Source: Nitrososphaeria archaeon (GTDB lineage Archaea > Thermoproteota > Nitrososphaeria > Geothermarchaeales > JDFR-13). From it: a DNA stretch of 64,000 nt. The stretch spans positions 384,001-448,000 of the forward strand of contig JALWXN010000004.1 of assembly GCA_027078545.1 (NCBI GenBank). The letters are read 5' to 3'. The position numbers and the translations under genes were made by a program. Below the pieces are notes generated by a model. The model saw only the letters and a list, made by a program, of their open reading frames with translations, did not search any database and was not told the DNA's origin. The number at the start of each line of letters is the position of its first letter. Position 1 is the stretch's first letter. Shown here piece after piece: positions 17,270 to 27,755 of the stretch.

Positions 17270-20012
17270 GCCTATCCCCTATCCTAGGCTCCTTCCTCAG
17301 GGCCTCCTCGATGTCGCTCAGTGTTAGTCCCCCCACTACATAGGCGTATATGCCTGGCTTGCCATACCTCCTGTATAGCCTGGAGGTCCTCCTGAGCTCC
17401 CTAAGTATCCTCCCACCCGTCCTCCCCATCCTAGCCATCTCGAGCTCCCTCATCGTCTCGGAGGGTCTCTCCCTGGTTATGCCTACCTCGTCTGAGCCGC
17501 AGACTGGGCAGTGGGGCTGCTCGGGGAGCTCCAACACCCTGGTCTCAACTATGTATTCGCCGCAGGTGAGGCATGCAATCGTTACATATGTCGCTAGGGC
17601 CCTGGCCCTGGTGGCTATCACCTCTAGTAGCTGGTACCTCGGCTTTCTAGGCCCCTCCATGGGGATGTCGCTATACCTGACATACTCCGTCGTCATCCTG
17701 GAGAGGTGTCCGGGGTAGGCTACTAGCCTAATCCCTCCACTGGCTATACCGCGGAGTATCTTCCCAGCCCCTCCCAGGTCGTGGTCCCTCTTCAGGCTCT
17801 CCCTCAGGGCCTCTAGGTATGGTGGCCTACCCCTGTTGTGCTCGATCATGGTGTCGATGAGTTTCTGGGTTATCTCGGCCTCACGTGTTATGAGGCCCAT
17901 CCTCTTCGCGACGTTTAGGAATCTCCACCTGAATATACTGGTTCTGGGGGCGGCCTCCCTCAGAGCCCTCTCTATGTCCCCCGGGTTCCTGAGTATGTCT
18001 ATCACGTGCTCCGGCTCTATGAAGGGGCTCTCAAGTATTATCCTATACTGGTCTGATGAGTGTCTAGCCTGTATAGAGTATCTCTCCTCAAGCTCGTGTA
18101 CCATGTAGGTCTCCAGCGTCCTGTTAGTGTTTGTCCCTCCCAGTATGTTGACGACCAGCCTCGGCCCGTCGGACTCGATGGTTATAACGTCGTCGCTGGG
18201 TATCTCGTAGCCGCTGCCCAGCTCCTCGGCGAATATCTCCAGTGCATGGCTCACCGTCTCAGGGTCTATTGAGTATTCCCTGGATATCGTATCAACAGCC
18301 TCCCTATAGCCAGCCTCTCTATACACTTCTCTGAAGAGCCTTAGTAGCCTCCCCACCTCCTGGGCTATCTCGTAGGGTACTGGTATCTCCTCCCCTATCC
18401 AGTCTGGCACTGCCCCTATAGGGTCGTCCTCGGGCTTGACGAAGACCTTCTCCCCATATATCTGTAGGATCCGCCACGGCCTCCCAGCCAGGATTATCTT
18501 TGTACCCTCCTCCCCAGCCACGGCTAGGAACTCGTCGTCTAGGACGCCTACTATCTTTCCCGATGTGTCGTCGACGACGGGGTACTGCTTGATATCGGGT
18601 ATCATGGATAGGTTCTCGAAGTAGTATCGGTAGAGCCTCTTATGATCCCCTATCTTCAGGGCGTCTCCATCGACCCTCCATATCCTCGTCGCCTCGGCTA
18701 TATACTCCAGGGTCTCCACCAGCTCCTCTATTGATAGGTCTCTATAGTAGACTATGTTTCTCAGGAGCTGGTGTAGCATGGCTATGCTCAGCCTCTTCTC
18801 ACTTATGAGGATCCCCGCCACCTCGTGGACTAGGACGTCTAGGGGCTTGTCTAGGAAGTATATGTCCTCCACCCTCCTGGCGTAGGCGTGGCTCCTGATG
18901 GAGAATGATTCTAGGGCGTCGTAGGGGTCTATAGCCACTATCTCGCCTCTACTCACCTCCTCTATCCAGTGTCCAGCCCTGCCTATCCTCTGTATGAGCT
19001 TCGATACCTGTCGGGGTGAGCCGTACTGGATCACGTATTTTATGTCGCCTATGTCTATCCCCAGCTCCAGGGAGGATGTCGCTACTATCGCCTCTAGCAC
19101 CCCTTTCTTGTAGAGCTCCTCCACCCTTATCCTATACTCCGTACCTATGGAGCTGTGGTGCACAGCTGTCTTCATCTCTTGGGAGTATAGGAGTAGCCTG
19201 TTCCCCAGTATCTCGGCCATGGGCCTGGTGTTGGTGAATATGAGGGTCTTACCCACCTCCCTGATCCTCCCGACTATGTGTCTAACCCTTGCCGCCACTG
19301 CTGGGTATGTATAGAGCTTCTCGGCCAGCTCTACATCCCTCCTGGTGGGCTGTGGATATGATATCCCGACCTCGATCCTCTTCTCCAGGTCGGCCCTGAC
19401 ATAGATACCCTCGCCGTCCAGGCCTGTTATGTACTTCAGGGCCTCCTCGGGATTACCTATGGTTGCTGATAGGCCTATTACCTGTAGATCCCCCTTCCTG
19501 AGCCTCCTAAGCCTCTCGAGGGCTATGGAGAGCTGTACCCCACGCTTGCTGGGTATGAGCTCGTGTAGCTCGTCGACGACTACCCATCTCGCCCTGGCTA
19601 GGTATTGGGAGAAGGTCTTCGTGTTTAGGAGGTATGTGAAGGTCTCGGGCGTGGTGACGAGTATGTCGGGCGGGTTTAGGCCCTGCCTCCTCCTCTCCCT
19701 CTGGGGGGTGTCGCTATGCCTGACGGATATTGAGAGGTCTAGGCGTGAGGCCCACCATATAAGCCTATCAATTATGTCTCTGTTGAGGCTCTTCAGCGGG
19801 GTTATGTAGACTACCTGTATAGGCTCTCCAGGCTCCCTAACCAGCCTGTCGAGTATCGGTATGAATGCGGCCTCGGTCTTCCCACTCCCGGTTGGGGCTA
19901 GTATTAACGTGTCCCTACCGCCTAGGATATGTGGGAGCGCCAGTCTCTGGGGCTCGGTAAGCCTCTCGAAACCCCTCTCCCTTATCAGCCTCTCTATCCT
20001 AGGGTCTAGCAT
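17199..20012 (-). CDS. lhr: Lhr-family SF2 helicase
   Basis: APTGSGKT, TTPE, DELH, SAT, SSLELGIDIG, QRIGRAGH; C-terminal Zn finger. Confidence 0.93.
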   Translation of the reverse strand: MLDPRIERLIRERGFERLTEPQRLALPHILGGRDTLILAPTGSGKTEAAFIPILDRLVREPGEPIQVVYITPLKSLNRDIIDRLIWWASRLDLSISVRHSDTPQRERRRQGLNPPDILVTTPETFTYLLNTKTFSQYLARARWVVVDELHELIPSKRGVQLSIALERLRRLRKGDLQVIGLSATIGNPEEALKYITGLDGEGIYVRADLEKRIEVGISYPQPTRRDVELAEKLYTYPAVAARVRHIVGRIREVGKTLIFTNTRPMAEILGNRLLLYSQEMKTAVHHSSIGTEYRIRVEELYKKGVLEAIVATSSLELGIDIGDIKYVIQYGSPRQVSKLIQRIGRAGHWIEEVSRGEIVAIDPYDALESFSIRSHAYARRVEDIYFLDKPLDVLVHEVAGILISEKRLSIAMLHQLLRNIVYYRDLSIEELVETLEYIAEATRIWRVDGDALKIGDHKRLYRYYFENLSMIPDIKQYPVVDDTSGKIVGVLDDEFLAVAGEEGTKIILAGRPWRILQIYGEKVFVKPEDDPIGAVPDWIGEEIPVPYEIAQEVGRLLRLFREVYREAGYREAVDTISREYSIDPETVSHALEIFAEELGSGYEIPSDDVITIESDGPRLVVNILGGTNTNRTLETYMVHELEERYSIQARHSSDQYRIILESPFIEPEHVIDILRNPGDIERALREAAPRTSIFRWRFLNVAKRMGLITREAEITQKLIDTMIEHNRGRPPYLEALRESLKRDHDLGGAGKILRGIASGGIRLVAYPGHLSRMTTEYVRYSDIPMEGPRKPRYQLLEVIATRARALATYVTIACLTCGEYIVETRVLELPEQPHCPVCGSDEVGITRERPSETMRELEMARMGRTGGRILRELRRTSRLYRRYGKPGIYAYVVGGLTLSDIEEALRKEPRIGDRLTQILLELKRRRLAERLRPSRRG

Positions 20013-20292
20013 TCCCCCTCTCTACCTTGACGACGTCGACGCTGTGTATCGTCGCTCCATACTCCCTGAGGACCTTCTTTATAACTGCTAGGTCGAGGTC
20101 GTTTCCATACACCTCTACCTTGACGCTCTCTGTGTCCTGGTCTATCTCGACGATCTCGGTCTGTACAGCCTCTATACCATCTACATTCTCGGCCAGGTAT
20201 CTACTCAGCTCCACTATGCTGGGTGTGTGGGGCTTCAGGACGTCTAGGACGAGGTATCTTATCTTTACGCGTTGGTCGGGTGATTCCGCCAC
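19999..20292 (-). CDS. DUF211 family protein
   Basis: LVLDVLKPH.P...GATIHSVD. Confidence 0.88.
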   Translation of the reverse strand: MAESPDQRVKIRYLVLDVLKPHTPSIVELSRYLAENVDGIEAVQTEIVEIDQDTESVKVEVYGNDLDLAVIKKVLREYGATIHSVDVVKVERGNARP

Positions 20293-20345
20293 CCTGTAGT
20301 CTCACCTAATATCTCAATAGTTGTCGGCATAGGTTAAAAGGCTTG

Positions 20346-20942
20346 CTACGTGGGGACTAGGAAGACTGAGACTACTAGGGTGGTCAGTATGCCTATACCC
20401 ACTAGTTTGAGGGATTCTATGAAGATGTTCTTCTTGGCATAGCTCCCTAAGAATAGCCCTAGTATCCCGAGGTAGGCTAGGCAGACAGCTATGGATGTGA
20501 AGAGCGCGGTTGTAAGTTCTAGGAGGCCCATCGTGGATAGGAAGACGGGTATGAGGGCTATCAATACTGAGAGGAAGCTGGATAGCCCGTCCACAAGGCC
20601 TACGTAGAAGATTGCGAATCTCTGGGCCTTCTCATAGATCGTGTTCTTCATATCGGTCAGCATAGAGGCCTCCAGTTCCTGTATAATCCTCTCCCTCTCC
20701 GCCTCCTCCGCTATGCTCGTACCTGTTATCCCCGATATCAATAGGGCTAGGCCGGTGGCTATCCCTACGTCGATCACCTGGGACGCCAGTTTGATATCGG
20801 CTAGTAGGGCGCCCATGACTATGCCTAGGGCGGTCACCGTGCCGTCGAAGCTGTTTATAACGAAGTAGCGTCTAGCCACCTCGTTGGCGTTTGATATCCT
20901 TATGTACTCCAGGTATCTCCTGATCAGTTTGACGAGGGGCAA
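20346..20942 (-). CDS. VIT1/CCC1-like membrane protein (TIGR00267-like)
   Basis: ARRYFVINSFDG, AEEAER, LEASML; start codon uncertain. Confidence 0.8.
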   Translation of the reverse strand: MPLVKLIRRYLEYIRISNANEVARRYFVINSFDGTVTALGIVMGALLADIKLASQVIDVGIATGLALLISGITGTSIAEEAERERIIQELEASMLTDMKNTIYEKAQRFAIFYVGLVDGLSSFLSVLIALIPVFLSTMGLLELTTALFTSIAVCLAYLGILGLFLGSYAKKNIFIESLKLVGIGILTTLVVSVFLVPT

Positions 20943-21094
20943 ACCCCCATCCACACCTCCTACGACTCCATAATAATGGCTGGGCCTCCTTTGATAAACC
21001 CCCTCGGCCCTCGGGGTGAATAATATATGTTGTTCCCTATAATTCATCATTAACTAATCAAGCATATACAGTTGGATTGCGAGGTGGTCACTGC

Positions 21095-22354
21095 TTGGCG
21101 GGTATAGACCCATTTGAGGTGGCTGTGGCCCAGCTTGAGAGGGCCGCGGAGTATATGGAGATATCGGATGAGGCGCTGGAGTTCCTCAAGAGGCCGATGA
21201 GGATCCTAGAGGTCTCCGTGCCGGTCAAGATGGATGACGGGAGTGTCAAGGTCTTCCCAGGCTTCAGGGTACAGTATAACTGGGCCCTCGGCCCCACCAA
21301 GGGTGGTATCAGGTTCCACCCGGAGGAGACCCTCAGCACGGTTAAGGCCCTGGCTGCCTGGATGACGTGGAAGACCTCTGTGATGGGCCTCCCATACGGC
21401 GGTGGTAAGGGAGGGGTAGTGGTCAATCCTAAGGAGCTTAGTAGGAGGGAGCTTGAGAGCCTGAGTAGGAGCTATATAAGGGCTATCTACGAGGTTATCA
21501 GCCCCTACACCGATATACCTGCTCCGGACGTCTATACCAATCCACAGATAATGGCGTGGATGCTGGATGAGTATGAATGGATCTCGCGCCGGAGGGATCC
21601 CAGCTTCGGCGTGATCACTGGTAAGCCGCTCTCCATAGGGGGTAGTGTGGGTAGGATCGACGCTACGAGTAGGGGTGCTGTATACACGATTAGGGAGGCT
21701 GCCAAGAGGCTTGGGATGGAGCTAAGGGGCGCCTCGATAGCTATACAGGGCTATGGAAACGCTGGCTACTACCTGGCTAAGCTTGCTCCGGAGATACTGG
21801 GTATGAAGGTCGTGGCGGTGAGCGACTCTAAGGGTGGGATATACATGCCCGATGGGATCGATGCTGATAAGGTATTGGAGTGGAAGCGGGAGACGGGTAG
21901 TGTCAAGGACTTCCCAGGGGCCACCAACATAACGAATGAGGAGCTCCTGGAGCTGGAGGTCGATGTACTAGCCCCTGCAGCGATTGAGAACGTGATAACA
22001 GGTGAGAACGCTGACAAGGTGAAGGCGAAGCTGGTTGCAGAGGTTGCGAATGGCCCAGTCACCCCGGAGGCGGATAAGATCCTCTTCGAGAAGGGTGTGT
22101 TCCAGATACCGGACTTCCTCTGCAACGCTGGTGGCGTGACGGTCTCCTACTTCGAATGGGTCCAGAACATCAATGGGTTCTACTGGGATGAGGAGATGGT
22201 GTATAGCAGGCTGGACATGATGATGACGAGGGCCTTCAACAAGGTATATGAGAAGCACCAGGAGAAGAAGATCCATATGAGGGACGCTGCATACGTGGTT
22301 GCTGTGGAGCGGGTCTACAGGGCTATGCTGGATAGGGGCTGGGTAAGTAAGTAG
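21095..22354 (+). CDS. gdhA: Glutamate dehydrogenase
   Basis: [42 protein letters not shown]; TTG start after GAGGTGG. Confidence 0.97.
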   Translation: MAGIDPFEVAVAQLERAAEYMEISDEALEFLKRPMRILEVSVPVKMDDGSVKVFPGFRVQYNWALGPTKGGIRFHPEETLSTVKALAAWMTWKTSVMGLPYGGGKGGVVVNPKELSRRELESLSRSYIRAIYEVISPYTDIPAPDVYTNPQIMAWMLDEYEWISRRRDPSFGVITGKPLSIGGSVGRIDATSRGAVYTIREAAKRLGMELRGASIAIQGYGNAGYYLAKLAPEILGMKVVAVSDSKGGIYMPDGIDADKVLEWKRETGSVKDFPGATNITNEELLELEVDVLAPAAIENVITGENADKVKAKLVAEVANGPVTPEADKILFEKGVFQIPDFLCNAGGVTVSYFEWVQNINGFYWDEEMVYSRLDMMMTRAFNKVYEKHQEKKIHMRDAAYVVAVERVYRAMLDRGWVSK

Positions 22355-22407
22355 TGTCTCAGCCCCATAATCTTTAAATTATTCACCTTTTTAATACTAT
22401 TAATGGT

Positions 22408-23175
22408 ATGAATGTCAAGCTACCTAAGGAGCTGGTGGAGAAGTTTAGGAGCCTTGGGCTAAGCCCCAACGAGATAAAGGTGTATCTACTCCTGATTAGC
22501 CAGGGCCCCCTCACTGCTAAGGAGATCTCGGACTATGCGATGGTCCCCTTCAGCAAGATCTATATGATCCTTAATAGCCTGGAGAAGAAGGGGTGGATAA
22601 CCTCCTCGGTGGGGAGGCCGATAAAGTATAGTGCCCGTGCGCCGCAGGAGGCTGTGGAGATTGTCAGGAAGAATCTTGAGAGGAGTATGAATGAGGCTGC
22701 TGAGTACATAGCTAAGGAGCTCCAGCCGATATATGAGAGGATGAGCGTCTCTGTCCAGCCCAACATCCTACTCTTCTACGGCGAGCCGAACATCTCGATG
22801 AAGATGGTGGATGTGATACTCAATAGTAGGAAGGAGTTGATGCTGGCTATCCATCATAGGCTGGATACATTGTTCGAATACTCTTCACGCCTATCGAGCA
22901 TGGCGAATGTCCTTAAGAATAGGCCTAGGATCAGGGTCCTAGTCTCGAAGAACCTCGTCGATGAGGTTATGCCCCTCATTACTATTGGGGCCGAGGTGAG
23001 GTATAGGGAGGAGATGTATGGAGGCGGTGCGATCGCTGATGATAGGGAGGCGATCATCATCCTGGACAAGGGTGATGTATACTCCACGGCTATATGGTCG
23101 ACCCACCACAGCCTGATAGAGCTGGCTAAGGCGTATTTCGATAAGCTCTGGGAGAAGTCTAAGGTCGTCTCGTGA
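22408..23175 (+). CDS. TrmB-family transcriptional regulator
   Basis: LGLSPNEIKVY...VPFSKIY..L..LEKKGW..GRP.KY. Confidence 0.9.
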   Translation: MNVKLPKELVEKFRSLGLSPNEIKVYLLLISQGPLTAKEISDYAMVPFSKIYMILNSLEKKGWITSSVGRPIKYSARAPQEAVEIVRKNLERSMNEAAEYIAKELQPIYERMSVSVQPNILLFYGEPNISMKMVDVILNSRKELMLAIHHRLDTLFEYSSRLSSMANVLKNRPRIRVLVSKNLVDEVMPLITIGAEVRYREEMYGGGAIADDREAIIILDKGDVYSTAIWSTHHSLIELAKAYFDKLWEKSKVVS

Positions 23176-23852
23176 TCCTTATGGCGTTATCGGCCAAGGT
23201 TTTTAGACTGGCGGAGCCCCTCCCCCAGGATGTTATATATGATAAGCTTGTCCACCACAGGGTTGTTGAGGAGGTTGAGGGGGTTAGGCTGGAGAGGTTC
23301 TTCAGGAACGTGGCTAGGGTTGGGGATAGCCTGAGGGCTGAGTATGTCTTTGACGAGCCTGTGGAGATGGATGTGGCTGGGGAGGCTAGGCTCCTCCCAC
23401 GTAGGAGGTATGCCCCCATAGCCTTCGTCGAGTATCAGGGTGTTATGTACCTCATAGTCCTGGAGAAGAGGTTCCGTGCCAATAGGATCGCCCTCGAGAT
23501 TAGTGAGATACTCTTCATATCCCGGGATAGGGTCTTGGAGGCCTATACCACCCATGAGATCCTTAAGAGCCTCCATGAGTCGAGCCCTGAGAGTACCCGT
23601 GTAATTTACTTTGACAACGTGGATATCCCCAATGTTAAGAAGCTTGCCCTGTATGGCGAGGCCTTGGCGGATACTGATCTCTATAGCCAGTATCTTAGGC
23701 ATGGCCTGATATGGTATGTGGTCTTCCAGCATAGGGAGACTGGCTATATAGTGGGTATAACTAGGAACATGATCGTGGTTATGTTTACTAAGGCGACGTC
23801 GGACGAGTTTATAGACTTTATAGTTGACCATGTAATCCCGCTGGTTAGGTAG
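23172..23852 (+). CDS. Hypothetical protein, translationally coupled to TrmB
   Basis: 226-aa ORF with host codon usage. Confidence 0.7.
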   Translation: MILMALSAKVFRLAEPLPQDVIYDKLVHHRVVEEVEGVRLERFFRNVARVGDSLRAEYVFDEPVEMDVAGEARLLPRRRYAPIAFVEYQGVMYLIVLEKRFRANRIALEISEILFISRDRVLEAYTTHEILKSLHESSPESTRVIYFDNVDIPNVKKLALYGEALADTDLYSQYLRHGLIWYVVFQHRETGYIVGITRNMIVVMFTKATSDEFIDFIVDHVIPLVR

Positions 23853-23923
23853 GCGGCTTATATAGGTACATATTGGTATATCCATAGTGTTTTCCCCACT
23901 CCCCGCCGTGAAGGGTGTAGTAG

Positions 23924-25144
23924 ATGGTCATCCCACCCTCCTCTAGATATAGGTCTTATAGGGATGTGCTGGATGACCTCCCGGGCAGGAAGGTTCTATG
24001 TAGGATTGATATCAACCTGCCCGTCGGTAGGGATGGGAGGGTAGAGAGTTTCTATAAGGCTAGAAGGCATCTAGAGACGACTATCGAGGTCTTGGGTGAC
24101 TCGGCCCTCGTCCTCATGTCCCACCAGGGGAGGGTGGGTGACGACAACTTCATATCTATGGAGCAGCATGCGGAGTGGTTCTCGGAGAGGCTTGGGGATA
24201 GGTTTAAATATGTGGCCGATGTTATCGGGGAGAAGGCTTTGGAGATGATAAGGGGGCTGAGGCCTGGCGAGGTCCTCCTCCTCGATAATGTGAGGCTGTT
24301 GGCCGAGGAGACTTTGAAGGCTGATGTGGATAAGCTTGGGGAGACGATCTTCGTATCCCGCCTCGCACCGCTCTTCGACTACTTCATCAACGATGCTTTT
24401 GGTGCTCTGCATAGGGCGCATACATCACTGGTGGGCTTCGTGCCTAGGCTCCCCTCCTATATGGGCCCATTAGTGGAGGAGGAGCTTGGGGTCCTGGAGA
24501 CCGTACTCTCTGGGGAGGAGAGCTGCGCCTTCATCCTTGGCGGGGCTAAGCCGGAGACTAAGATCAGGGTTATGAGGAATATCCTAGCCTCCAACCCCAA
24601 CTCCGTCTTCCTTCTCGGCGGTGCCATCGCGAACCTTTTCCTCACGGTGTATGGGAGTATACCCAAGAGTGTGGCTAACGAGATGATGAGGGGTGTTAAT
24701 AGGGGGATCATTAGGGAGTGTATGGAGATTGTGGAGGCCTATGGCGATAGGATCTACCTCCCGAGGGACTTCAGGATGGTTGTCGATGGGGAGGTTGTTG
24801 AGAAGCCTGTCTCTAGGATGAGGCCTGGTGATAGGCCCGAGGATATTGGTTCGGAGACTGTTGAGAGGTATATAGAGGTGTTGAGGGGGTTTGACAAGGT
24901 CATGGTTAATGGGCCGCTAGGCATTATTGAGAATCCTCTCACGAGGTGGGGGACTGAGCAGATACTCCTATTCCTCGCCGGGGAGTCTGGCATGTATAGG
25001 GTGGCTGGAGGGGGGCATATAGTCCTCGCCCTTGAGAGGCTTGGGGTGATTGATAGCTTCAACTATGTCAGTACCGGTGGGGGTAGCCTCCTGACCCTAT
25101 TGTCTGGTGAGGAGCCCCTCGCCCTCAAGCTACTCTCTAGATAG
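23924..25144 (+). CDS. pgk: Phosphoglycerate kinase (archaeal type)
   Basis: RIDINLP, SHQGR, LLDNVR, NDAFGALHRAH, LGGAK, VSTGGGS. Confidence 0.95.
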   Translation: MVIPPSSRYRSYRDVLDDLPGRKVLCRIDINLPVGRDGRVESFYKARRHLETTIEVLGDSALVLMSHQGRVGDDNFISMEQHAEWFSERLGDRFKYVADVIGEKALEMIRGLRPGEVLLLDNVRLLAEETLKADVDKLGETIFVSRLAPLFDYFINDAFGALHRAHTSLVGFVPRLPSYMGPLVEEELGVLETVLSGEESCAFILGGAKPETKIRVMRNILASNPNSVFLLGGAIANLFLTVYGSIPKSVANEMMRGVNRGIIRECMEIVEAYGDRIYLPRDFRMVVDGEVVEKPVSRMRPGDRPEDIGSETVERYIEVLRGFDKVMVNGPLGIIENPLTRWGTEQILLFLAGESGMYRVAGGGHIVLALERLGVIDSFNYVSTGGGSLLTLLSGEEPLALKLLSR

Positions 25145-25504
25145 CTCCCTAGCCACTATCTCCTCTGGGAGCCTATCCCTATACTTCTCGATGAACCTCT
25201 TGATAACCTTCTTAGGCCTGTATCTCCCCCGGTGCATGATGGCTATCATGTCTATTATTGGGTACCACTCTCCACACTCTGGGCATGTGTAGTACCCGTC
25301 GATGATCTCTATCTTCATACACTCGTCGCATGGCGGGTCTACTATCTCGCCATTCCTCTTGTCTAGGTAGGCGCAGTATGAGTCGCATGGCTCTACCTTG
25401 ATATCCCTGTCTGGGTATACCCTCTTCTCGAGGATGGTTAGTCTTAGTGGGTGTGCCTTACAGGCGGGGCATATCAGGTAGTTGCTCAGCCTGTGCTTCA
25501 CCAA
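25130..25504 (-). CDS. Trm112-family methyltransferase activator
   Basis: LICPACK..PL.L...CPECGEWYPIID. Confidence 0.85.
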   Translation of the reverse strand: MVKHRLSNYLICPACKAHPLRLTILEKRVYPDRDIKVEPCDSYCAYLDKRNGEIVDPPCDECMKIEIIDGYYTCPECGEWYPIIDMIAIMHRGRYRPKKVIKRFIEKYRDRLPEEIVARELSRE

Positions 25505-26381
25505 TCCTATTCACCACCGTCTTATATGCTAGGTAGATGAGGTATATCCCGCCTATCGCGAGGGTGGCTATGAAGATTAGGAGTGTATAGAGCGTGACGA
25601 CCGGGTTTACGTTTATCCCCGGCTCTGTGGCGAATCCTATCGATAGGAGGTAGACGTTGAAGAAGGCGTGTCCAAGCACGGCGCTGGAGAATCCATACCT
25701 GATGTATAGGTGGCCGAGGTAGATGCCTGCGAGTGTGGCTGTGGATATCTTCCCCACGTCCCATCCGCTCCCGGCTAGTGGGTGGGCTAGGCCGAATAGG
25801 AATGCCTGGATAGCCACAACCATGTAGAGGATCCTTATCTTGCTGGGGTCTCCATGGGCGGTGTATGGGTGTAGGAGGGCCCTCACGAGGTTCTGCCCGC
25901 CTCCCTGCTCGAGGAGTAGGGCTGATATGACACCTATCACCATCACCCTGAAGCCTATCTCCTCGGCTATCGTGGCCTGCATGGCTGAGAGCATGAATGT
26001 ATAGTTGCTCTCTATCTCGAGCATCCCCGTCTCTATCCCTACGCTTGACTGGAGCCACTCTATGAGGAGCACCGCTACCAAGGTGGCTGAGCCTAGTAGA
26101 AAGACCTTTGTTATGGGCCTGTCCCCGTCCACCTCCCTTACCGTGTCGTATATCGTCATAGCGGCGAATATGCCTATGAGTATTAATGCTAGGCTCGTCC
26201 CGCTCATCGGTATGGGTATGACTATTGGTAGGATGCCTATGTAGACTGGGAAGCCCCTTATGAAGATGTCGGTCATCCCCTCGCTTATCCTGAGGAGGCT
26301 TAGTATGTAGGGTGGGAGTATAGCCACGCCTAAAAAGTATATAGCCCCGAATACGTAGGCGAGTATATCCCTATCCCTCAT
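25458..26381 (-). CDS. CPBP/Abi (Rce1-like) intramembrane glutamic endopeptidase
   Basis: EEIGFR, FGLAH and HAFFN motifs. Confidence 0.88.
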   Translation of the reverse strand: MRDRDILAYVFGAIYFLGVAILPPYILSLLRISEGMTDIFIRGFPVYIGILPIVIPIPMSGTSLALILIGIFAAMTIYDTVREVDGDRPITKVFLLGSATLVAVLLIEWLQSSVGIETGMLEIESNYTFMLSAMQATIAEEIGFRVMVIGVISALLLEQGGGQNLVRALLHPYTAHGDPSKIRILYMVVAIQAFLFGLAHPLAGSGWDVGKISTATLAGIYLGHLYIRYGFSSAVLGHAFFNVYLLSIGFATEPGINVNPVVTLYTLLIFIATLAIGGIYLIYLAYKTVVNRIGEAQAEQLPDMPRL

Positions 26382-26544
26382 CCCTCAGCTCCTCCTCATC
26401 TATCTGTAGCTCCATATAGACTGGGCCCTGGTATCCACAGTCCTCGCAGAAATAGTTCTCTGGGAGTAGCCATCCATCGAAGCTGGAGGATCTCCTGATG
26501 TTTGTGGATCCACATATTGGGCAGGCCTTGACCCTGATGACCAT
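26371..26544 (-). CDS. 57-aa CPxCG-type zinc-ribbon protein (below ORF-track cutoff)
   Basis: MVIRVKACPICGSTNIRRSSSFDGWLLPENYFCEDCGYQGPVYMELQIDEEELRDEG; TAATG overlap with SUI1 and overlap with the CPBP start. Confidence 0.85.
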   Translation of the reverse strand: MVIRVKACPICGSTNIRRSSSFDGWLLPENYFCEDCGYQGPVYMELQIDEEELRDEG

Positions 26545-26849
26545 TAGAGCACCTCGATCTGATCCTTTGAGAATCCTAGCTTGACGAGTATGTCTGGGAC
26601 GGTGTCCCTATGATCCCCAAGGAGGATTATCTTGCCATCCTTTACCGAGCCTCCACAGGCCAGGGTCTTCTTCAGCTTCTTAGCTATCTCGTTGAGGTTG
26701 TGGTGCTTCCCATCTATACCCTCGATTATCGTGGCTGGCTTGTTGTAGCGCCTCCTCTCCACCCTGATCTTGATCTTCTCTAGCTCGGTGTCTAGCGTGG
26801 TACATACGCAGAGATCCTTGGGGAGTCCGCATACCGGGCAGTTCTCCAT
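26544..26849 (-). CDS. sui1: Translation initiation factor SUI1/aIF1
   Basis: CPVCGLPKDLCVC, LKKTLACGGSVK, GDHR. Confidence 0.95.
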   Translation of the reverse strand: MENCPVCGLPKDLCVCTTLDTELEKIKIRVERRRYNKPATIIEGIDGKHHNLNEIAKKLKKTLACGGSVKDGKIILLGDHRDTVPDILVKLGFSKDQIEVL

Positions 26850-26906
26850 AGTCCCCCTTATCACCTTTTGTCAATTATAAATTCGGGATACAGATGATAT
26901 AAATAC

Positions 26907-27755
26907 TTAGCCCGGCCTAGATACACGTATATCCACCACTACCTGGGCCGTCCTGGGGGCTACCTCCCTCACCTCCCTTGCACTCGCCTCTAGGATCCTG
27001 TAGCCATTCTCCTCGGCCCTAGTCCTCACCTTCTCAACAGCCTTGTCTAGGGCCTCCTCCTCATCGCTGGTATAGGCTATGTGGAGGTATACATGTATCC
27101 ACCCGCCCTCCCTAGTCATCTCGAGGGCTGTGGGTAGGTAGTCGAGGGCGAGCTCTGGAAGTGGCATGACCACCCTGTCGATATCCCTGAAGCCATGCTC
27201 CCGACATATCTCTCCAGCGTCGCCTAGATAGGTGTAGACCCTATCACCCACCTTGTTGAGCAGATTGTTTATTACGTGGAGGTCCACGGCATAGGGGTTG
27301 ATATCTATACTGTGTACCTTGGCACCAGCCCTAGCCATCTGTATAGTGAATGTCCCGACCCCTGCGAACATGTTTACAGCGGTCTCCCCGGGCCTGACAA
27401 GCCCGGCTATCCTCCTCCTCTCATAGGAGAGGCGGGGGCTGAAGTATACCCTCGCAACATCTACGAGGAATCTGTATCCATACTCCTTGTAGAGGGTTAG
27501 TGTCCTCTCCTCCCCGGCTAGGTGTTCCAGCCTCCGGACGCGGAAGAGTCCCCCCACCGGGCTGGCCTGCCTATACACGGCCTTGATGTAGCTATGCCTC
27601 CTAATCATCTCCTCCCCGAGGATATACCTCCTATCGTCGAGGAGGTCCTCGGGGATCTTTATGATGGCTATATCCCCTATCAGGTCGTAGCTCCTGACTA
27701 TCCTCTGGTAGTCCTCCCCGTAGATCTCCCGGGCTATCTCCTCTAGGCCGGGCAC
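26907..27755 (-). CDS. Trm5/TYW2-family SAM-dependent tRNA modification enzyme
   Basis: YDLIGDIAI, YFSPRL..ER, MFAGVG, DINP, DRVVMPLP. Confidence 0.88.
   Translation of the reverse strand: MPGLEEIAREIYGEDYQRIVRSYDLIGDIAIIKIPEDLLDDRRYILGEEMIRRHSYIKAVYRQASPVGGLFRVRRLEHLAGEERTLTLYKEYGYRFLVDVARVYFSPRLSYERRRIAGLVRPGETAVNMFAGVGTFTIQMARAGAKVHSIDINPYAVDLHVINNLLNKVGDRVYTYLGDAGEICREHGFRDIDRVVMPLPELALDYLPTALEMTREGGWIHVYLHIAYTSDEEEALDKAVEKVRTRAEENGYRILEASAREVREVAPRTAQVVVDIRVSRPG

Noticed and set aside
23187-23885. 232-aa minus-strand ORF (and many similar antisense ORFs in the track)
   Set aside because: Shadow ORFs of real genes; His/Pro/Ser/Thr-skewed composition typical of antisense frames.
25458-26381. 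CPBP protease as the RiPP leader peptidase or immunity gene
   Set aside because: 11 kb away, host-like GC and embedded in a housekeeping operon; no sequence link to the islet.
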